Source of the DNA: a virus
Taxonomy: Duplodnaviria > Heunggongvirae > Uroviricota > Caudoviricetes
DNA length: 35,624 nucleotides
Direction: 5' to 3' (one strand)
Virus record (IMG/VR): IMGVR_UViG_2778261544_000009
A model generated the notes under the pieces. That model worked only from the letters and a program-made list of their open reading frames with translations. It ran no database searches and had not been told where the DNA came from. Both the position numbers and the translations under genes were made by a program. Within the stretch, counting starts at the first letter, position 1. Each line of letters begins with the position of its first letter. Positions 18,229-28,674 of this stretch are shown here, piece by piece.

Positions 18229-18770
18229 TGGGGATTTCTGTACAGGTCAGCGGTGACCAGCGGCTGGAGGATATCCGCCGCGCCGTTGAAAAGCTGGCAG
18301 ATGGTTCATTGCAGGCAGAGCTGCTGGAAAGTATCGGTGCGGTGGTGGAATCACAGACCCGTCGCCGCATCATCGATGAGAAAACCAGTCCGGGTGGCGA
18401 ACGCTGGCCGGACTGGTCTGACGGATACAAAAAGACCCGCCACGGCAACCAGAGTCTGCTGCGCGGTGAAGGCCATCTGCTGGAGAGTATCCAGTACATC
18501 GTGGAAAACCGCGTGGTGCGTATCGGTTCACCGCTGGATTATGCCCGCATCATGAATGACGGCTTTTCCGGCAGTGTGCCGGTCAGCGCCCACAAACGGC
18601 TTATCTCGCAGTGTTTCGGGCAGGCGCTGAAATATCCGGTCTGGCAGACCGTCGGCGCACATAACCGCATGATGAACATTCCGCAACGAGAATTTCTGGG
18701 GCTGTCTTCTGCCAACCAGCAGGAGCTGCAACAGGTTATCAGTCATTTCTGGAAGGAGGTTCTGCCATGA
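18225..18770 (+). CDS. Putative virion morphogenesis/tail completion protein
   Basis: 181 aa; motif ...LLRGEGHLLESIQYIVENRVVRIGSPLDYARIMNDGF... resembles the phage virion-morphogenesis family. Confidence 0.55.
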   Translation: MMGISVQVSGDQRLEDIRRAVEKLADGSLQAELLESIGAVVESQTRRRIIDEKTSPGGERWPDWSDGYKKTRHGNQSLLRGEGHLLESIQYIVENRVVRIGSPLDYARIMNDGFSGSVPVSAHKRLISQCFGQALKYPVWQTVGAHNRMMNIPQREFLGLSSANQQELQQVISHFWKEVLP

Positions 18771-19378
18771 CAGAACAACGCCCTGAACTGCGCACACCGG
18801 GGAGCACCGTTGCGGCCGCAGAGCGCATTGTGGCCTGGCTGAAAACAGCACTTCAGGGGAAAACCCCTGACCGGGCCGACGTGGTGGAGCGTCACATCGG
18901 CCAGTTCAACAGCCCGGAAGAAGTGAAGCGCTATCTGTCCGGTCGTACCGGCTGTATCCGAATAGCTGCCCTGCGTGTCCGGGATATCAACCCGCGCGGC
19001 GGACTGTCCGGTCTGGTCACCTGGGTGGCTTACATCATGGCGACGGATTCGTGGGGGTATTCCCGCGACGTGCGCTGCGAAGTGCTGGCCGGGAAGGTGA
19101 TCAAACGCCTGTTGTCGTCGGATGCCACAGCGGGCATGGGGGCTGAACGCATGGCTGCTGATGTGCGGGCAGACAACATTTACTCCGCCAGCCTCGACGG
19201 GCTGGGCGTCACCATGTGGGCGGTGACGTGGGAGCAGGAATTTCAGCTGGATGAAGAGATTGATCTCGCCGCGCTCCCGGACTTCCTGCGCCTCGGGGCA
19301 ACGCTGCGTAGCGGTGAACACACTGAAATTAACGACGTGATCCATGTACGGGGTGACGATGGAACAGAAACTGATTAA
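18767..19378 (+). CDS. Hypothetical structural protein
   Basis: 203-aa ORF between the head and tail sheath genes. Confidence 0.5.
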   Translation: MTEQRPELRTPGSTVAAAERIVAWLKTALQGKTPDRADVVERHIGQFNSPEEVKRYLSGRTGCIRIAALRVRDINPRGGLSGLVTWVAYIMATDSWGYSRDVRCEVLAGKVIKRLLSSDATAGMGAERMAADVRADNIYSASLDGLGVTMWAVTWEQEFQLDEEIDLAALPDFLRLGATLRSGEHTEINDVIHVRGDDGTETD

Positions 19379-19544
19379 GCCAGCGCGGGAAAGCGTTCGT
19401 GTCCGTAAACCGGATGGCGCGCATTTATCCCCGGAAGGGGAACGTCTCGACGTCTGCGCTTACTGGCTGCGCCGTGAAGCCGAGGGAGATGTGGAAATAA
19501 CCACACTTCCGAAAAATAACAACAAAACCAGAGGGAAAAAATAA
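19359..19544 (+). CDS. Small hypothetical protein
   Basis: Short ORF ending at the tail sheath start; start uncertain (19344 or 19359). Confidence 0.35.
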   Translation: MEQKLIKPARESVRVRKPDGAHLSPEGERLDVCAYWLRREAEGDVEITTLPKNNNKTRGKK

Positions 19545-21019
19545 TGTCGCTGGGTTCAATTCCTGATGATATCCGCGTCCCGCTTGTCTGGATCGATATC
19601 GACAATTCACAGGCGCTGGATGGTGCATCCGCGCAAAGCCGAAAAATTCTGGTCATGGGCCATGCGGTATCGTCCGGCAGCGCAGACGCCCTGTCACTGA
19701 CCCGCATCACCAGTGACAGCCAGGCAGACCAGCTTTATGGCAAAGGGTCGATGCTGGCTGAAATGCTCAAAATGCTGCGCCGTGCCAACACGTACACGGA
19801 AACCTGGGCAATGCCGGTTGCCGCGCCAGAAGGCGCTGCCGCAAAAGCCACGCTGACCGTGCTGGGTACAGCGACTGAAGCCGGAACGGTGGCGCTGCTG
19901 ATTAACGGTGTTTCCGTTCAGGTGAGCGTGAGCGCCGGGGACACGAAGGAAAACATTGCAAAAGCCATTGCTGATGCGGTGACGAAAAAGCCTGCCACGC
20001 AGGTGGCCGCTGCGGTGAAGGATGATGCCACGGATACCGTGGAGCTGACCGTGAACTGGCACGGCGTCACCGGCAACGGTGCCGACGTTCGCCTGAACTA
20101 CTACACCGGAGAAGCCTTCCCGGCAGGTGTAAAGGTGACAGCCACCGCGTTTACCGGCGGCACCGGGACACCGGAAATGGCGGATGCCGTTGCGGCCATC
20201 GGCCCGGAGTGGTTTACCGATATCATCGCCCCGTTCACCGACACGCAAAGCCTGAACACCCTGCGTGATGAACTGCTGAACCGCTGGGGGCCGCTCAAAA
20301 TGATGGAGGCGCAGCTGTGGACGGCGTTTCGTGGCACGCACGGCGAGACAGGCACGTTTGGTGAAACCCGCAATGACTGGCTGATTAGCTGTATTGGCAC
20401 CAACCTGTCACCGCACCCGGCGTGGATGTGGGCCGCGTCATACGGCGCAACGGCAGCGTATCACCTTGCCATTGACCCGGCGCGTCCGCTTCAGACGCTG
20501 GTCCTGACCGGCATTCTGCCGCCTGCGCGTAATGTTCGCTGGGATATGCCGGAACGTAACCTGCTGCTGCATGACGGCATTGCCACGCACATGGTGGACG
20601 CCGGGGATAACGTCTGCATAGAGCGTGAAATCACCATGTACCGGGTTAACCAGTACGGTGATGCGGATGTGTCGTACCTTGATGTGCAGTCACCCGCCAC
20701 GCTGGGCCGTATCCGTTACATCATCAAAAACCGTTTCACGAACCGTTATCCGCGCCACAAGCTGGCGGATGATGACGTGCTGGACTCACTGGATGCCGGT
20801 CAGCCGGTGATGACGCCGAAGCTGTGCACCGCAGAGCTGCTGGATATCTGCCAGACCGAACTTATCCCGGCAGGCCTTGTGGAGAACTTCAGCGATTACA
20901 AGGACACGCTTCAGGTGACACGCGACAGCAGCGATAAAAACCGCCTGAACTTTATCTGCCACCCGAATCTGGTGAACCAGCTGCGTGTGCTGGCAGGCCT
21001 GATTCAGTTCAAACTTTAA
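19544..21019 (+). CDS. Tail sheath protein (Mu L-like)
   Basis: 491 aa immediately upstream of the tube gene; GAGGGA RBS. Confidence 0.8.
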   Translation: MSLGSIPDDIRVPLVWIDIDNSQALDGASAQSRKILVMGHAVSSGSADALSLTRITSDSQADQLYGKGSMLAEMLKMLRRANTYTETWAMPVAAPEGAAAKATLTVLGTATEAGTVALLINGVSVQVSVSAGDTKENIAKAIADAVTKKPATQVAAAVKDDATDTVELTVNWHGVTGNGADVRLNYYTGEAFPAGVKVTATAFTGGTGTPEMADAVAAIGPEWFTDIIAPFTDTQSLNTLRDELLNRWGPLKMMEAQLWTAFRGTHGETGTFGETRNDWLISCIGTNLSPHPAWMWAASYGATAAYHLAIDPARPLQTLVLTGILPPARNVRWDMPERNLLLHDGIATHMVDAGDNVCIEREITMYRVNQYGDADVSYLDVQSPATLGRIRYIIKNRFTNRYPRHKLADDDVLDSLDAGQPVMTPKLCTAELLDICQTELIPAGLVENFSDYKDTLQVTRDSSDKNRLNFICHPNLVNQLRVLAGLIQFKL

Positions 21020-21028
21020 GGGGGCCGC

Positions 21029-21385
21029 ATGGCAAAAATTCTTGGCATGGCGACCATTCGCGTGAATGGCCGCGAAATTAAAACCGAGGGGAAATCCACG
21101 CTGAACCCGGGCGGCTTCAGCCGCACCCAGCATATGGGCGGCGGCAAGGTCTGGGGTATCTCCAGCAAGATGGCCTCGCCGTCCATCAAGGTGACCATTG
21201 CGGCGGCTGCGGATATGGACGTGATTGAAATCAGCAGCTGGGAAGACGTCACGGTGATGTTCTACGGCGACAACGGCCTGAACTACATGATGACAGGTTC
21301 AGCCACGGATAACCCGGCGGAGCTGGACGAGGATTCCGGCACCATCAGTGCCAACTTTATCGGTGAAAAATGCGTGAAGGTGTGA
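21029..21385 (+). CDS. Tail tube protein (Mu M-like)
   Basis: 118 aa directly after the sheath gene. Confidence 0.7.
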   Translation: MAKILGMATIRVNGREIKTEGKSTLNPGGFSRTQHMGGGKVWGISSKMASPSIKVTIAAAADMDVIEISSWEDVTVMFYGDNGLNYMMTGSATDNPAELDEDSGTISANFIGEKCVKV

Positions 21386-21386
21386 C

Positions 21387-21782
21387 ATGGCTGAAATGGA
21401 ATTTGAACTGAAACACGGGCTTCTGACCGGCAAAGGCACGGCAGATGAAACCCTGCATAAAACCGTGAAGCTGCGCGAGCTGACCGCCAGTGATGTGATT
21501 GATGCGCAACTGGCCGCAGAACGCGTCGTCATGGGCGAGAACGGAAAGGCGGTGGCCTACTGTTCTGAAGTGCTGATGGGGCTGGAGATGATGCGCCGTC
21601 AGGTTGCGGCCATCGGCAACATTCCCGGCCCACTGGACATGAAACAGCTGCGAATGCTCCACCCGGCAGACCTTGAGCTTATCAGCACGAAAGCCGCCGC
21701 GCTGGATGAGATGCTTGAGGAGGTGGCAACGCGGGGGCGAACTGATGCCGCTGGCGGCGGCACTGATGAACCTGCTGGTTAA
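21387..21782 (+). CDS. Tail assembly chaperone (G-like), probably with a frameshifted extension to 21882
   Basis: Located between tube and tape measure. An overlapping ORF in the +1 frame (21673-21882) ends inside the start of the tape measure gene. Confidence 0.65.
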   Translation: MAEMEFELKHGLLTGKGTADETLHKTVKLRELTASDVIDAQLAAERVVMGENGKAVAYCSEVLMGLEMMRRQVAAIGNIPGPLDMKQLRMLHPADLELISTKAAALDEMLEEVATRGRTDAAGGGTDEPAG

Positions 21783-21868
21783 CCTTTCTCAGCGATTCAG
21801 TATTCAGTACCTGGAACAGCTGCCCCTGCGGCAGCTGTTCCGCCTGATAAAGCAACTGGAGAAACAAC

Positions 21869-23716
21869 ATGGCAACAGGTAACCGTCTCAGCACGGAAAT
21901 CATGATCAACCTTGCCGGGAACCTGACCGCCAAAGCCCGGCAGTACGGCGCAAATATGTCGCAGTTCGCCCGGAACCATCAGAAGGCCATGCGCCTTGTC
22001 AAAGCCACAACGGAGGCCGCAGGACGCGGCCTTGATACGCTGGGTAACCGCTATACGGCAATGATAGCCGGGCTTGGCAGTAGCCTTACCATCAAACAGG
22101 TTGCCGATTTTGATGCGCAGATGCGCCGGATGGGTACGGATGCCCAGTTAACCACTGAACAGGTAAAGACGCTTCACGACAAAATCAGGGATGTATCGAA
22201 CCAGAAAGATATTCGTATTGATGCTTCTGCGCTTGGTCAGGGGGCCAGCGAACTTCTGGGGAAAACCGGTGATTATCAGTATGTGGTGGACAACCTCCGC
22301 AACATGGGGTTGATGATGCAGGCGTTCGGTGTTGACGGACAGGTTGCAGCCGGGCTGATGGCCCAGTTCTGGGAAAAAAACGTCCGGGGCGCTGATGCGG
22401 TCAGTAACATGATGGACAGGCTGTATTCGCAGTTCGCAGTGGGGTCTGTAAGCGTTGCCGATGTTGCCCGCGCTGCCCCGAAACTGTTTTCCATCATTCA
22501 GGATCAGGGACCGGAAGCCATTGCCCAGATGGGGGCATTTGCTCAGGTGTTCACCAAAAACAAAGGTAGCATTGATGAGACGGTAACCAGTATTCAGGCC
22601 ATGTATGCCTCCCTGTCGGACAAAAAGAACATCGAGTTTCTGAAAAAAAACGGCGTTGATGTTTTTGTCAAAGGCACAAAAGACATCAAAAAGCCCTATG
22701 AACTGATGATGGAAATCCTTAAACGGGCCAAATACGACCCGCTGAAACTTCAGGATGTGTTTGATCTGACCGGAATGCAGGGGATTAAGGCGCTGCTTAA
22801 CCCTGAAAACCGACAACTGATGGAACAAATGATTTACGGCACGATTGATCTGGGTTCCACGCAAAAGGCCGCACAGACCAATGCCGAAGGCTTTAATGCT
22901 GCAATGCAATCACTGAATAACGAATGGCAACGTTTTGCTGAAGGACAACTGGCAAAGCCCGTTCAGGACCTGGCGGATGCGCTCAACAGCGTGGACCAGA
23001 ACACTGTCCAGAACTGGTTGCAGGTCGGTAAATATATGGCGATTGCGCTGGGTGGCATTATCGCCATCAGAAAGACGTATCAGTTCGGTAAAACCATCCA
23101 CGACATCATGAATCCCAAAGGGAAAGGCAAAGGGATACCCGGTGGCATTACGGATGTTTTCGGCTCCGGTGTGATGCCGGTTTATGTGGTTAATATGGGC
23201 AGTGGCGGGATGAATGGTAATACCGGCGGTCTGCCGGATGCGCCGGATTCATCGCGCAATCCCCGCAATCCTCGGGGTCCGGGTAACCGTGGAGGAAAGG
23301 CAGGTAAAGGCGCTGGCATCATTGCCGGTGCTCTGGAATTTTACGATTTTCTGACCACGCAATACGCCCTGCCGGGTGAGGTTCACAGTCTCACTAAATC
23401 CGTTGCCGGTGATGCCAGCGCCAGCCCGTGGGAGCGCGAGTTCGCACAACAAAGCCAGGACAACCAGAAAGCACTGGAATCCGTCTGGCGTAAGGTAACA
23501 GACTGGTTCAATTCGCTTGGTGATAAGAACATTGCCGACCCGCGACCGTGGGCAGGTATGCAACCCACACAGAATTATCCTTTCCTTCCGCAGCAGTTGC
23601 AGGGGGAAATCCGTGTGGTGGTGGAAGGTGACGCCCGCGTGAAAAGTGTCAGAGTGGATCAACCCGGCGTCAGACTCAGTGCGCAGGCTGGCGTCACCAG
23701 CGTGGAGCAAGGGTAA
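21869..23716 (+). CDS. Tail tape measure protein
   Basis: 615 aa, A/Q-rich and predicted helical, with a Gly-rich C-terminus; downstream of the chaperone pair. Confidence 0.8.
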   Translation: MATGNRLSTEIMINLAGNLTAKARQYGANMSQFARNHQKAMRLVKATTEAAGRGLDTLGNRYTAMIAGLGSSLTIKQVADFDAQMRRMGTDAQLTTEQVKTLHDKIRDVSNQKDIRIDASALGQGASELLGKTGDYQYVVDNLRNMGLMMQAFGVDGQVAAGLMAQFWEKNVRGADAVSNMMDRLYSQFAVGSVSVADVARAAPKLFSIIQDQGPEAIAQMGAFAQVFTKNKGSIDETVTSIQAMYASLSDKKNIEFLKKNGVDVFVKGTKDIKKPYELMMEILKRAKYDPLKLQDVFDLTGMQGIKALLNPENRQLMEQMIYGTIDLGSTQKAAQTNAEGFNAAMQSLNNEWQRFAEGQLAKPVQDLADALNSVDQNTVQNWLQVGKYMAIALGGIIAIRKTYQFGKTIHDIMNPKGKGKGIPGGITDVFGSGVMPVYVVNMGSGGMNGNTGGLPDAPDSSRNPRNPRGPGNRGGKAGKGAGIIAGALEFYDFLTTQYALPGEVHSLTKSVAGDASASPWEREFAQQSQDNQKALESVWRKVTDWFNSLGDKNIADPRPWAGMQPTQNYPFLPQQLQGEIRVVVEGDARVKSVRVDQPGVRLSAQAGVTSVEQG

Positions 23717-24990
23717 TGACAACGAGCAAAGGCAAATGGGACGGGCTGCGCGATGCCTCGTTTCGCGGCGTCCCCTTCTTTCTGGTGGATACGGAAGGCA
23801 CCGGTGGCCGTCGTGCCATTCCCCGTGCGTATCCCCGGCGCGAAACCGCCTGGACGGATGATAACGGGGCCGTTCCGGGGCAACAGCAGATTAACGCAAA
23901 GCTGCTGGGTAAAAACTTCCAGGATGATTTAAACGCCCTTTTAGACGCGCTCAATATCCCCGGCCCCGGCGAGCTTATCCACCCGTGGTTCGGGATACAG
24001 ACCGTACAGGTTGGCAAGGTCACCCATCGCCTCAGCACGGAGGAAGACGGCATTGCGTATGTCACTTTTGAAGTGTTTGAGGCAGGCGAGCGCCTGTTCC
24101 CGTCTGCGGCGGATAACACGCAGCAGGAAGTGCTGACGGGCATTGATGCGGTGAAAGCCGCCATTGAAGATGGCGACTGGTTCGGCGCACTCGACGGGCT
24201 GGGTGAGATGGCCGACAGCTTTCTGGCCGATATGGAAAACCTTGTGGCTAACCTGCCCACGCTACCGGCAGCACTGAATCAGTGGATGGACAGGCTGAAC
24301 CATTTTAAGGAGATGGCCGGAACCATCATTGCCACACCGGGGCGTCTGGTCAGTGAGCTGTCCTCGTTCATCGACGGCGTGGTTGATCTGGTGACGGAAC
24401 CACCCGAAGCACTGGCGGTTTACACGACATTACGCAACCAGTGGGCCGGAGAACGTGCCCGACAGGTTGCCACCGGCGCACTGCCGGAAGATATCACCGT
24501 GAAGCCCGGCAGCGTGGCAGACGGTGAAATAGGCTTTGCTATCGGGCTGTCACCGGATTATCAGCCGGTATCTGACAGCCTGCAGAAGAACATTGACGAC
24601 TTCCGCCAGGTGGTTGTGCTGGAAACCCTGCTGGGACAGGCAAATGCCGTGGCCTCGATGACGTTCGATACCAGTGATGCGGCATTATCTGCCGGTGACA
24701 CGCTGGCGGCTGAACTGCATGAGCAGGCGGTGGCGGCGGTGGAAAATAACCAGCGGGCATTGTGGCGAACGCTGCGCGATTTACGGCAGGCCGTGATTAC
24801 GGATGCCCGCGAGCGTGCCGCCCGTCTGCCGGAAACCCGGCAGGTGACGCTGACCACAACCACATCTGCCGCATTGCTGGCATGGCGCGAGCATGGTGAC
24901 ACCAGCCGACGGGATGAAATCGTGCAGCGTAACCGCCTGCGCCATCCGTCATTCATTCTGCCGACGCAACCTGTGGAGATTACCGACTGA
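23716..24990 (+). CDS. DNA circularization protein N-like tail protein
   Basis: 424-aa ORF following the tape measure, as in Mu; assigned by position. Confidence 0.6.
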   Translation: MTTSKGKWDGLRDASFRGVPFFLVDTEGTGGRRAIPRAYPRRETAWTDDNGAVPGQQQINAKLLGKNFQDDLNALLDALNIPGPGELIHPWFGIQTVQVGKVTHRLSTEEDGIAYVTFEVFEAGERLFPSAADNTQQEVLTGIDAVKAAIEDGDWFGALDGLGEMADSFLADMENLVANLPTLPAALNQWMDRLNHFKEMAGTIIATPGRLVSELSSFIDGVVDLVTEPPEALAVYTTLRNQWAGERARQVATGALPEDITVKPGSVADGEIGFAIGLSPDYQPVSDSLQKNIDDFRQVVVLETLLGQANAVASMTFDTSDAALSAGDTLAAELHEQAVAAVENNQRALWRTLRDLRQAVITDARERAARLPETRQVTLTTTTSAALLAWREHGDTSRRDEIVQRNRLRHPSFILPTQPVEITD

Positions 24991-26060
24991 TGGAATCCGT
25001 GATTCTTACCGTTGACGGCAAACTGTGGGAAGGCTGGACGGAAATGTCCATCAGCCGTTCCCTGAAGGCGATTGCCGGTGAGTTTGATCTCAGTGTGACA
25101 ACCCGCTGGTCAGCGGCGGCACCGCGCGTGATTCGTGAGGGGCAACCCTGCACGGTCAGGCTGGGCGCGGATACCGTGCTGACGGGGTATATTGATGATT
25201 TTATCCCCAGCTATGACGCAGATAACGTGGAGATCCGCGTCATGGGGCGCGACAAAACCGGTGACCTGGTGGACTGCTCTGTGGTGCATTCATCCGGGAA
25301 ATGGAAAGGCGTGCGGCTTGAACAGGTGGCGGCTGATGTCTGCCGCCCGTTCGGGATAACCGTCATCACGGAAACCCCGACCGGGGAGGCGTTTGCGTCC
25401 GTTGTTCTGGAACAGGGTGAAACGGGCTTTGAACTGCTCGACCGGCTGGCAAAACAGCGCGGCGTTCTGCTGACGTCTGACGGCGCAGGTAACCTGATTA
25501 TCACCCGCGCCTCTTCCGTTCGCGCGGGTGTGTCACTGGTGCTGGGGAAAAATATCCTCGCTGCCCGTGGGCGCTTCAGCTGGCGGGAGCGTAACAGCCA
25601 GTACATCATCAAGGGCACCACCAGTGCCGGTGGCAAACTGTGGGACAGCCAACCTGCCTCGATGGTGGGTGGTCGCCAGTACATCACCGAAGACCCGGAA
25701 ATTAACCGTTACCGCCCGCGCATTCTGGTCAATGAAGACAGCCTGACCGTGGGCGGGGCCAGCATTCGCGGGGAATGGTACAAAGCCCGGATGCTGGGGG
25801 AATCCCGCACGACGGAAATCACGGTGGCAGGCTGGCGCGAACAGGGCGACAGCGGCCCGCTGTGGCAGACCAACCGCCTTGTCGATATCGACGACAGCAT
25901 TCAGAACCTGAAAACCACCTGGCTGATATCCGGGGTGACCTGGACGGATGGCGCACAGGGGCGGATGACGGTTCTGGCGCTGGTTCCACCTGAATCACTG
26001 GACATGCCGGAAATGAAAGCGAAGACGAAGAAAACAAAGGCGGTGGCCACATGGGATTAA
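24990..26060 (+). CDS. Baseplate/tail protein (Mu P-like)
   Basis: 356 aa in the baseplate block. Confidence 0.6.
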   Translation: MESVILTVDGKLWEGWTEMSISRSLKAIAGEFDLSVTTRWSAAAPRVIREGQPCTVRLGADTVLTGYIDDFIPSYDADNVEIRVMGRDKTGDLVDCSVVHSSGKWKGVRLEQVAADVCRPFGITVITETPTGEAFASVVLEQGETGFELLDRLAKQRGVLLTSDGAGNLIITRASSVRAGVSLVLGKNILAARGRFSWRERNSQYIIKGTTSAGGKLWDSQPASMVGGRQYITEDPEINRYRPRILVNEDSLTVGGASIRGEWYKARMLGESRTTEITVAGWREQGDSGPLWQTNRLVDIDDSIQNLKTTWLISGVTWTDGAQGRMTVLALVPPESLDMPEMKAKTKKTKAVATWD

Positions 26061-26587
26061 ACGCCATTGCCCGCCGTCTGCGGCTGATGGTTGACCGTGC
26101 CATTGTCCGCATGGTGTCTGACAGTCTGGAGCGGCAGAACCTGCAAATCCAGACGCTGGCAGATGCCACTGATGACGATGTGGAACGCTTCCAGAATTAC
26201 GGGTTTACTTCCGTTCCGCCGGAAGGTTCAGAAGCCATCGTGCTGGCCGTGGGCGGACGGCGTGACGGGCTGGTTGCCATCGCGGTGGAGGATAAGCGAT
26301 GTCGCCCTAAAGGCTTGTCCACCGGCGACGTCCGGCTGTATCACCAGGACGGCAAATCACATATCACGTTAAGGAAAGGCGGAATTATTGAAATCACAGG
26401 AGAACAATTAAACTTTTCAGGGAAAACGGTAAATCTCACCGCCGACGAATTGCTGAATATTATCGGTAAACAAATGAAATTCGTCGGTCCCTGTGAATTT
26501 ACTGAAGATGTCAGAATCAACGGTAAATCATTCATCGAACACATTCATAAGGACGGCGACAATGAGAATACATCACCGCCCGTATGA
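26051..26587 (+). CDS. Baseplate assembly/spike protein (V-like)
   Basis: 178 aa in the baseplate block. Confidence 0.55.
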   Translation: MGLNAIARRLRLMVDRAIVRMVSDSLERQNLQIQTLADATDDDVERFQNYGFTSVPPEGSEAIVLAVGGRRDGLVAIAVEDKRCRPKGLSTGDVRLYHQDGKSHITLRKGGIIEITGEQLNFSGKTVNLTADELLNIIGKQMKFVGPCEFTEDVRINGKSFIEHIHKDGDNENTSPPV

Positions 26588-27036
26588 CGACAGGAATCCG
26601 CTGGAATAACATGCTCTCACGGGGTGACATCACCGTCACCCATAACGGCCTCTCACTGGATGAGGGGCTGGTCACTCAGGTTCTTATCTGCCTTTTCACC
26701 GATGCCCGTGCTGATGACGATGATGTCATTCCTGACGGCTCTGGCGACCCGCGCGGCTGGCCGGGCGACACGTACAGCGATTTTTCGTGGGGTTCCCGCC
26801 TGTGGCTGCTTGAGCGTGAAAAGCTGACGGAAGATGTCCGCCTGCGTGTGGAAGATTACGCGCGGCTGTCCATGCAACCGCTGCTGCGGGCCGGTTACGC
26901 CCGTAACGCCACCGTCACGGCCAGAATCATCGTCCCTGACCGTATTGCCTTTCAGGTGGTGTTAACCCGCCCGGACAAAACCACGCTCACAATTGAAATC
27001 ACCCGCCGATGGGAGGCCACCATTAATGCCGTATGA
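26584..27036 (+). CDS. Baseplate wedge protein (W/gp25-like)
   Basis: 150 aa in the baseplate block. Confidence 0.55.
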   Translation: MTTGIRWNNMLSRGDITVTHNGLSLDEGLVTQVLICLFTDARADDDDVIPDGSGDPRGWPGDTYSDFSWGSRLWLLEREKLTEDVRLRVEDYARLSMQPLLRAGYARNATVTARIIVPDRIAFQVVLTRPDKTTLTIEITRRWEATINAV

Positions 27037-28102
27037 AATCCCCACGCTGGGCAAACTGATTGCCGACGGCGAAAAAGATATTGCGTATGAACTCGGCCTG
27101 CAAAAGCTGCCGCCTGTCAGTGTTGAGCAGGCGCTGAACGTGTCATTCAGCAGTCAGGTCCGGGATTTATACGACCATCAGAGCTGGATTAAGGACCAGA
27201 TAATCCCGTCCACCACGTCTGATGATGAAACCATTATCAAAACAGCAACGTATGAAGGGGTTATCCGCAAGCAGGCCACCTTTGCCAGCGGACCGGTGAC
27301 CTTCACCAGTCAGTCCCCCATTCCGGCAGAAACCCGGATGCAGTCCGACACGAATCAGGTGTATCAGGTGCTCACATCCGGCGAGGTACAGGACGGCGAG
27401 GTCACTGTCATCGTGCAGGCTGAAGAAGCCGGTGTGGCGGGCAATCTTGCTGCCGGTGCCGTGCTCACTCTGTTATCCCCGCTACCCGGAACGGGCAGCA
27501 CCGGCGCGGTGACTGAAAGTGGCATCACCGGTGGCGCAGATATCGAATCCATCGCAGAGCTGCTGGACCGTCTGCTGTATGTGCGCCGCAATCCCCCGGT
27601 GGGCGGTGCACTGCATGATTACGTCATCTGGGCGCGTGAAGTGCCGGGTGTCAGCCGCGCGTGGGCATGGGATGCGTGGCACGGCCCCGGCACGGTCGGG
27701 CTGGCATGGCTTTATGATGACCGTGAAGACATTATCCCCACACGGGACGACCTGAAGACAATGGAGCAGTATCTGTTCTGCCACAAACACCCGGCCACCG
27801 GCGTGATGGTGGGTAAACCGGGCGGCATCGAGGTCTGGCCGGTGCAGGTCAGGCTGAAGAAGCTCGACCTGTCCATCCGTCTGACACCGGACAGCCAGGC
27901 GAACAGGAACGCCGTCCGGGCCAACCTGACCGCATTACAGAAAACGCTGGCCCCCGGTCAGATGCTGCCGGTGTCCTCGCTGCGCACGGCCATCGGTATG
28001 ACGTCCGGCATTACGGATTACTTTCTCAACATCGGGGAAGACACCACCAGTGATGTGGATGAGCTTATCACCATCGGGGAGGTGACATGGCTCACAGCGT
28101 GA
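27026..28102 (+). CDS. Baseplate J-like protein
   Basis: About 358 aa; start taken at the ATG at 27026 (the track ORF begins at a TTG at 26993). Confidence 0.6.
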   Translation: MPYEIPTLGKLIADGEKDIAYELGLQKLPPVSVEQALNVSFSSQVRDLYDHQSWIKDQIIPSTTSDDETIIKTATYEGVIRKQATFASGPVTFTSQSPIPAETRMQSDTNQVYQVLTSGEVQDGEVTVIVQAEEAGVAGNLAAGAVLTLLSPLPGTGSTGAVTESGITGGADIESIAELLDRLLYVRRNPPVGGALHDYVIWAREVPGVSRAWAWDAWHGPGTVGLAWLYDDREDIIPTRDDLKTMEQYLFCHKHPATGVMVGKPGGIEVWPVQVRLKKLDLSIRLTPDSQANRNAVRANLTALQKTLAPGQMLPVSSLRTAIGMTSGITDYFLNIGEDTTSDVDELITIGEVTWLTA

Positions 28103-28671
28103 CGGAATGGCTGACCGCACTGCAACAGGTCATGCCACGGGGTAAGGCATGGCCGCGTGATAACGACACGGATTTAAACCGCTTTTTAAGGGCACTTGCA
28201 GCGCGTTTAACCCGCGTTGAATACGACGCCTCGCGTCTGCATGTGGAGATGCGACCGGAAACCACGCTCCAGCTGCTGCCGGAGTGGGAGCAATATCTGG
28301 CGCTGCCGGAATGCGGAATTGCCGCCACCACAACAGAAGCACGCCGCCGGGCCGTGGTGGAGAAATACCGCCGCAAAGGCGGGCTGGCAACCTGGCAGAT
28401 TGAAGCCGCTGCGGCGGCGCTGGGCTTCACCATCAAGGTGACGGCTGTTCTGCCGCACCACTGCCTGCGCGACTGTATGTATCCGCTGCATCCGGCCCGG
28501 TATCGCTGGCTGCTGAAAGTGGAAGTCCCGGACAAAGATGCCGGACGGTTTACCTGTATTGATGACGTCATGACGCCATTAATCAGCGAACGGACCCGCG
28601 AGCTGGAATGCCTGCTGAAGCATTACCGGCTGGCGGGGACGGGATATGAATATTATTACACCGGAGAATAA
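28087..28671 (+). CDS. Tail/baseplate protein (Mu gp48-like)
   Basis: 194 aa immediately upstream of the first fiber gene. Confidence 0.55.
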   Translation: MAHSVTEWLTALQQVMPRGKAWPRDNDTDLNRFLRALAARLTRVEYDASRLHVEMRPETTLQLLPEWEQYLALPECGIAATTTEARRRAVVEKYRRKGGLATWQIEAAAAALGFTIKVTAVLPHHCLRDCMYPLHPARYRWLLKVEVPDKDAGRFTCIDDVMTPLISERTRELECLLKHYRLAGTGYEYYYTGE

Positions 28672-28674
28672 TTT

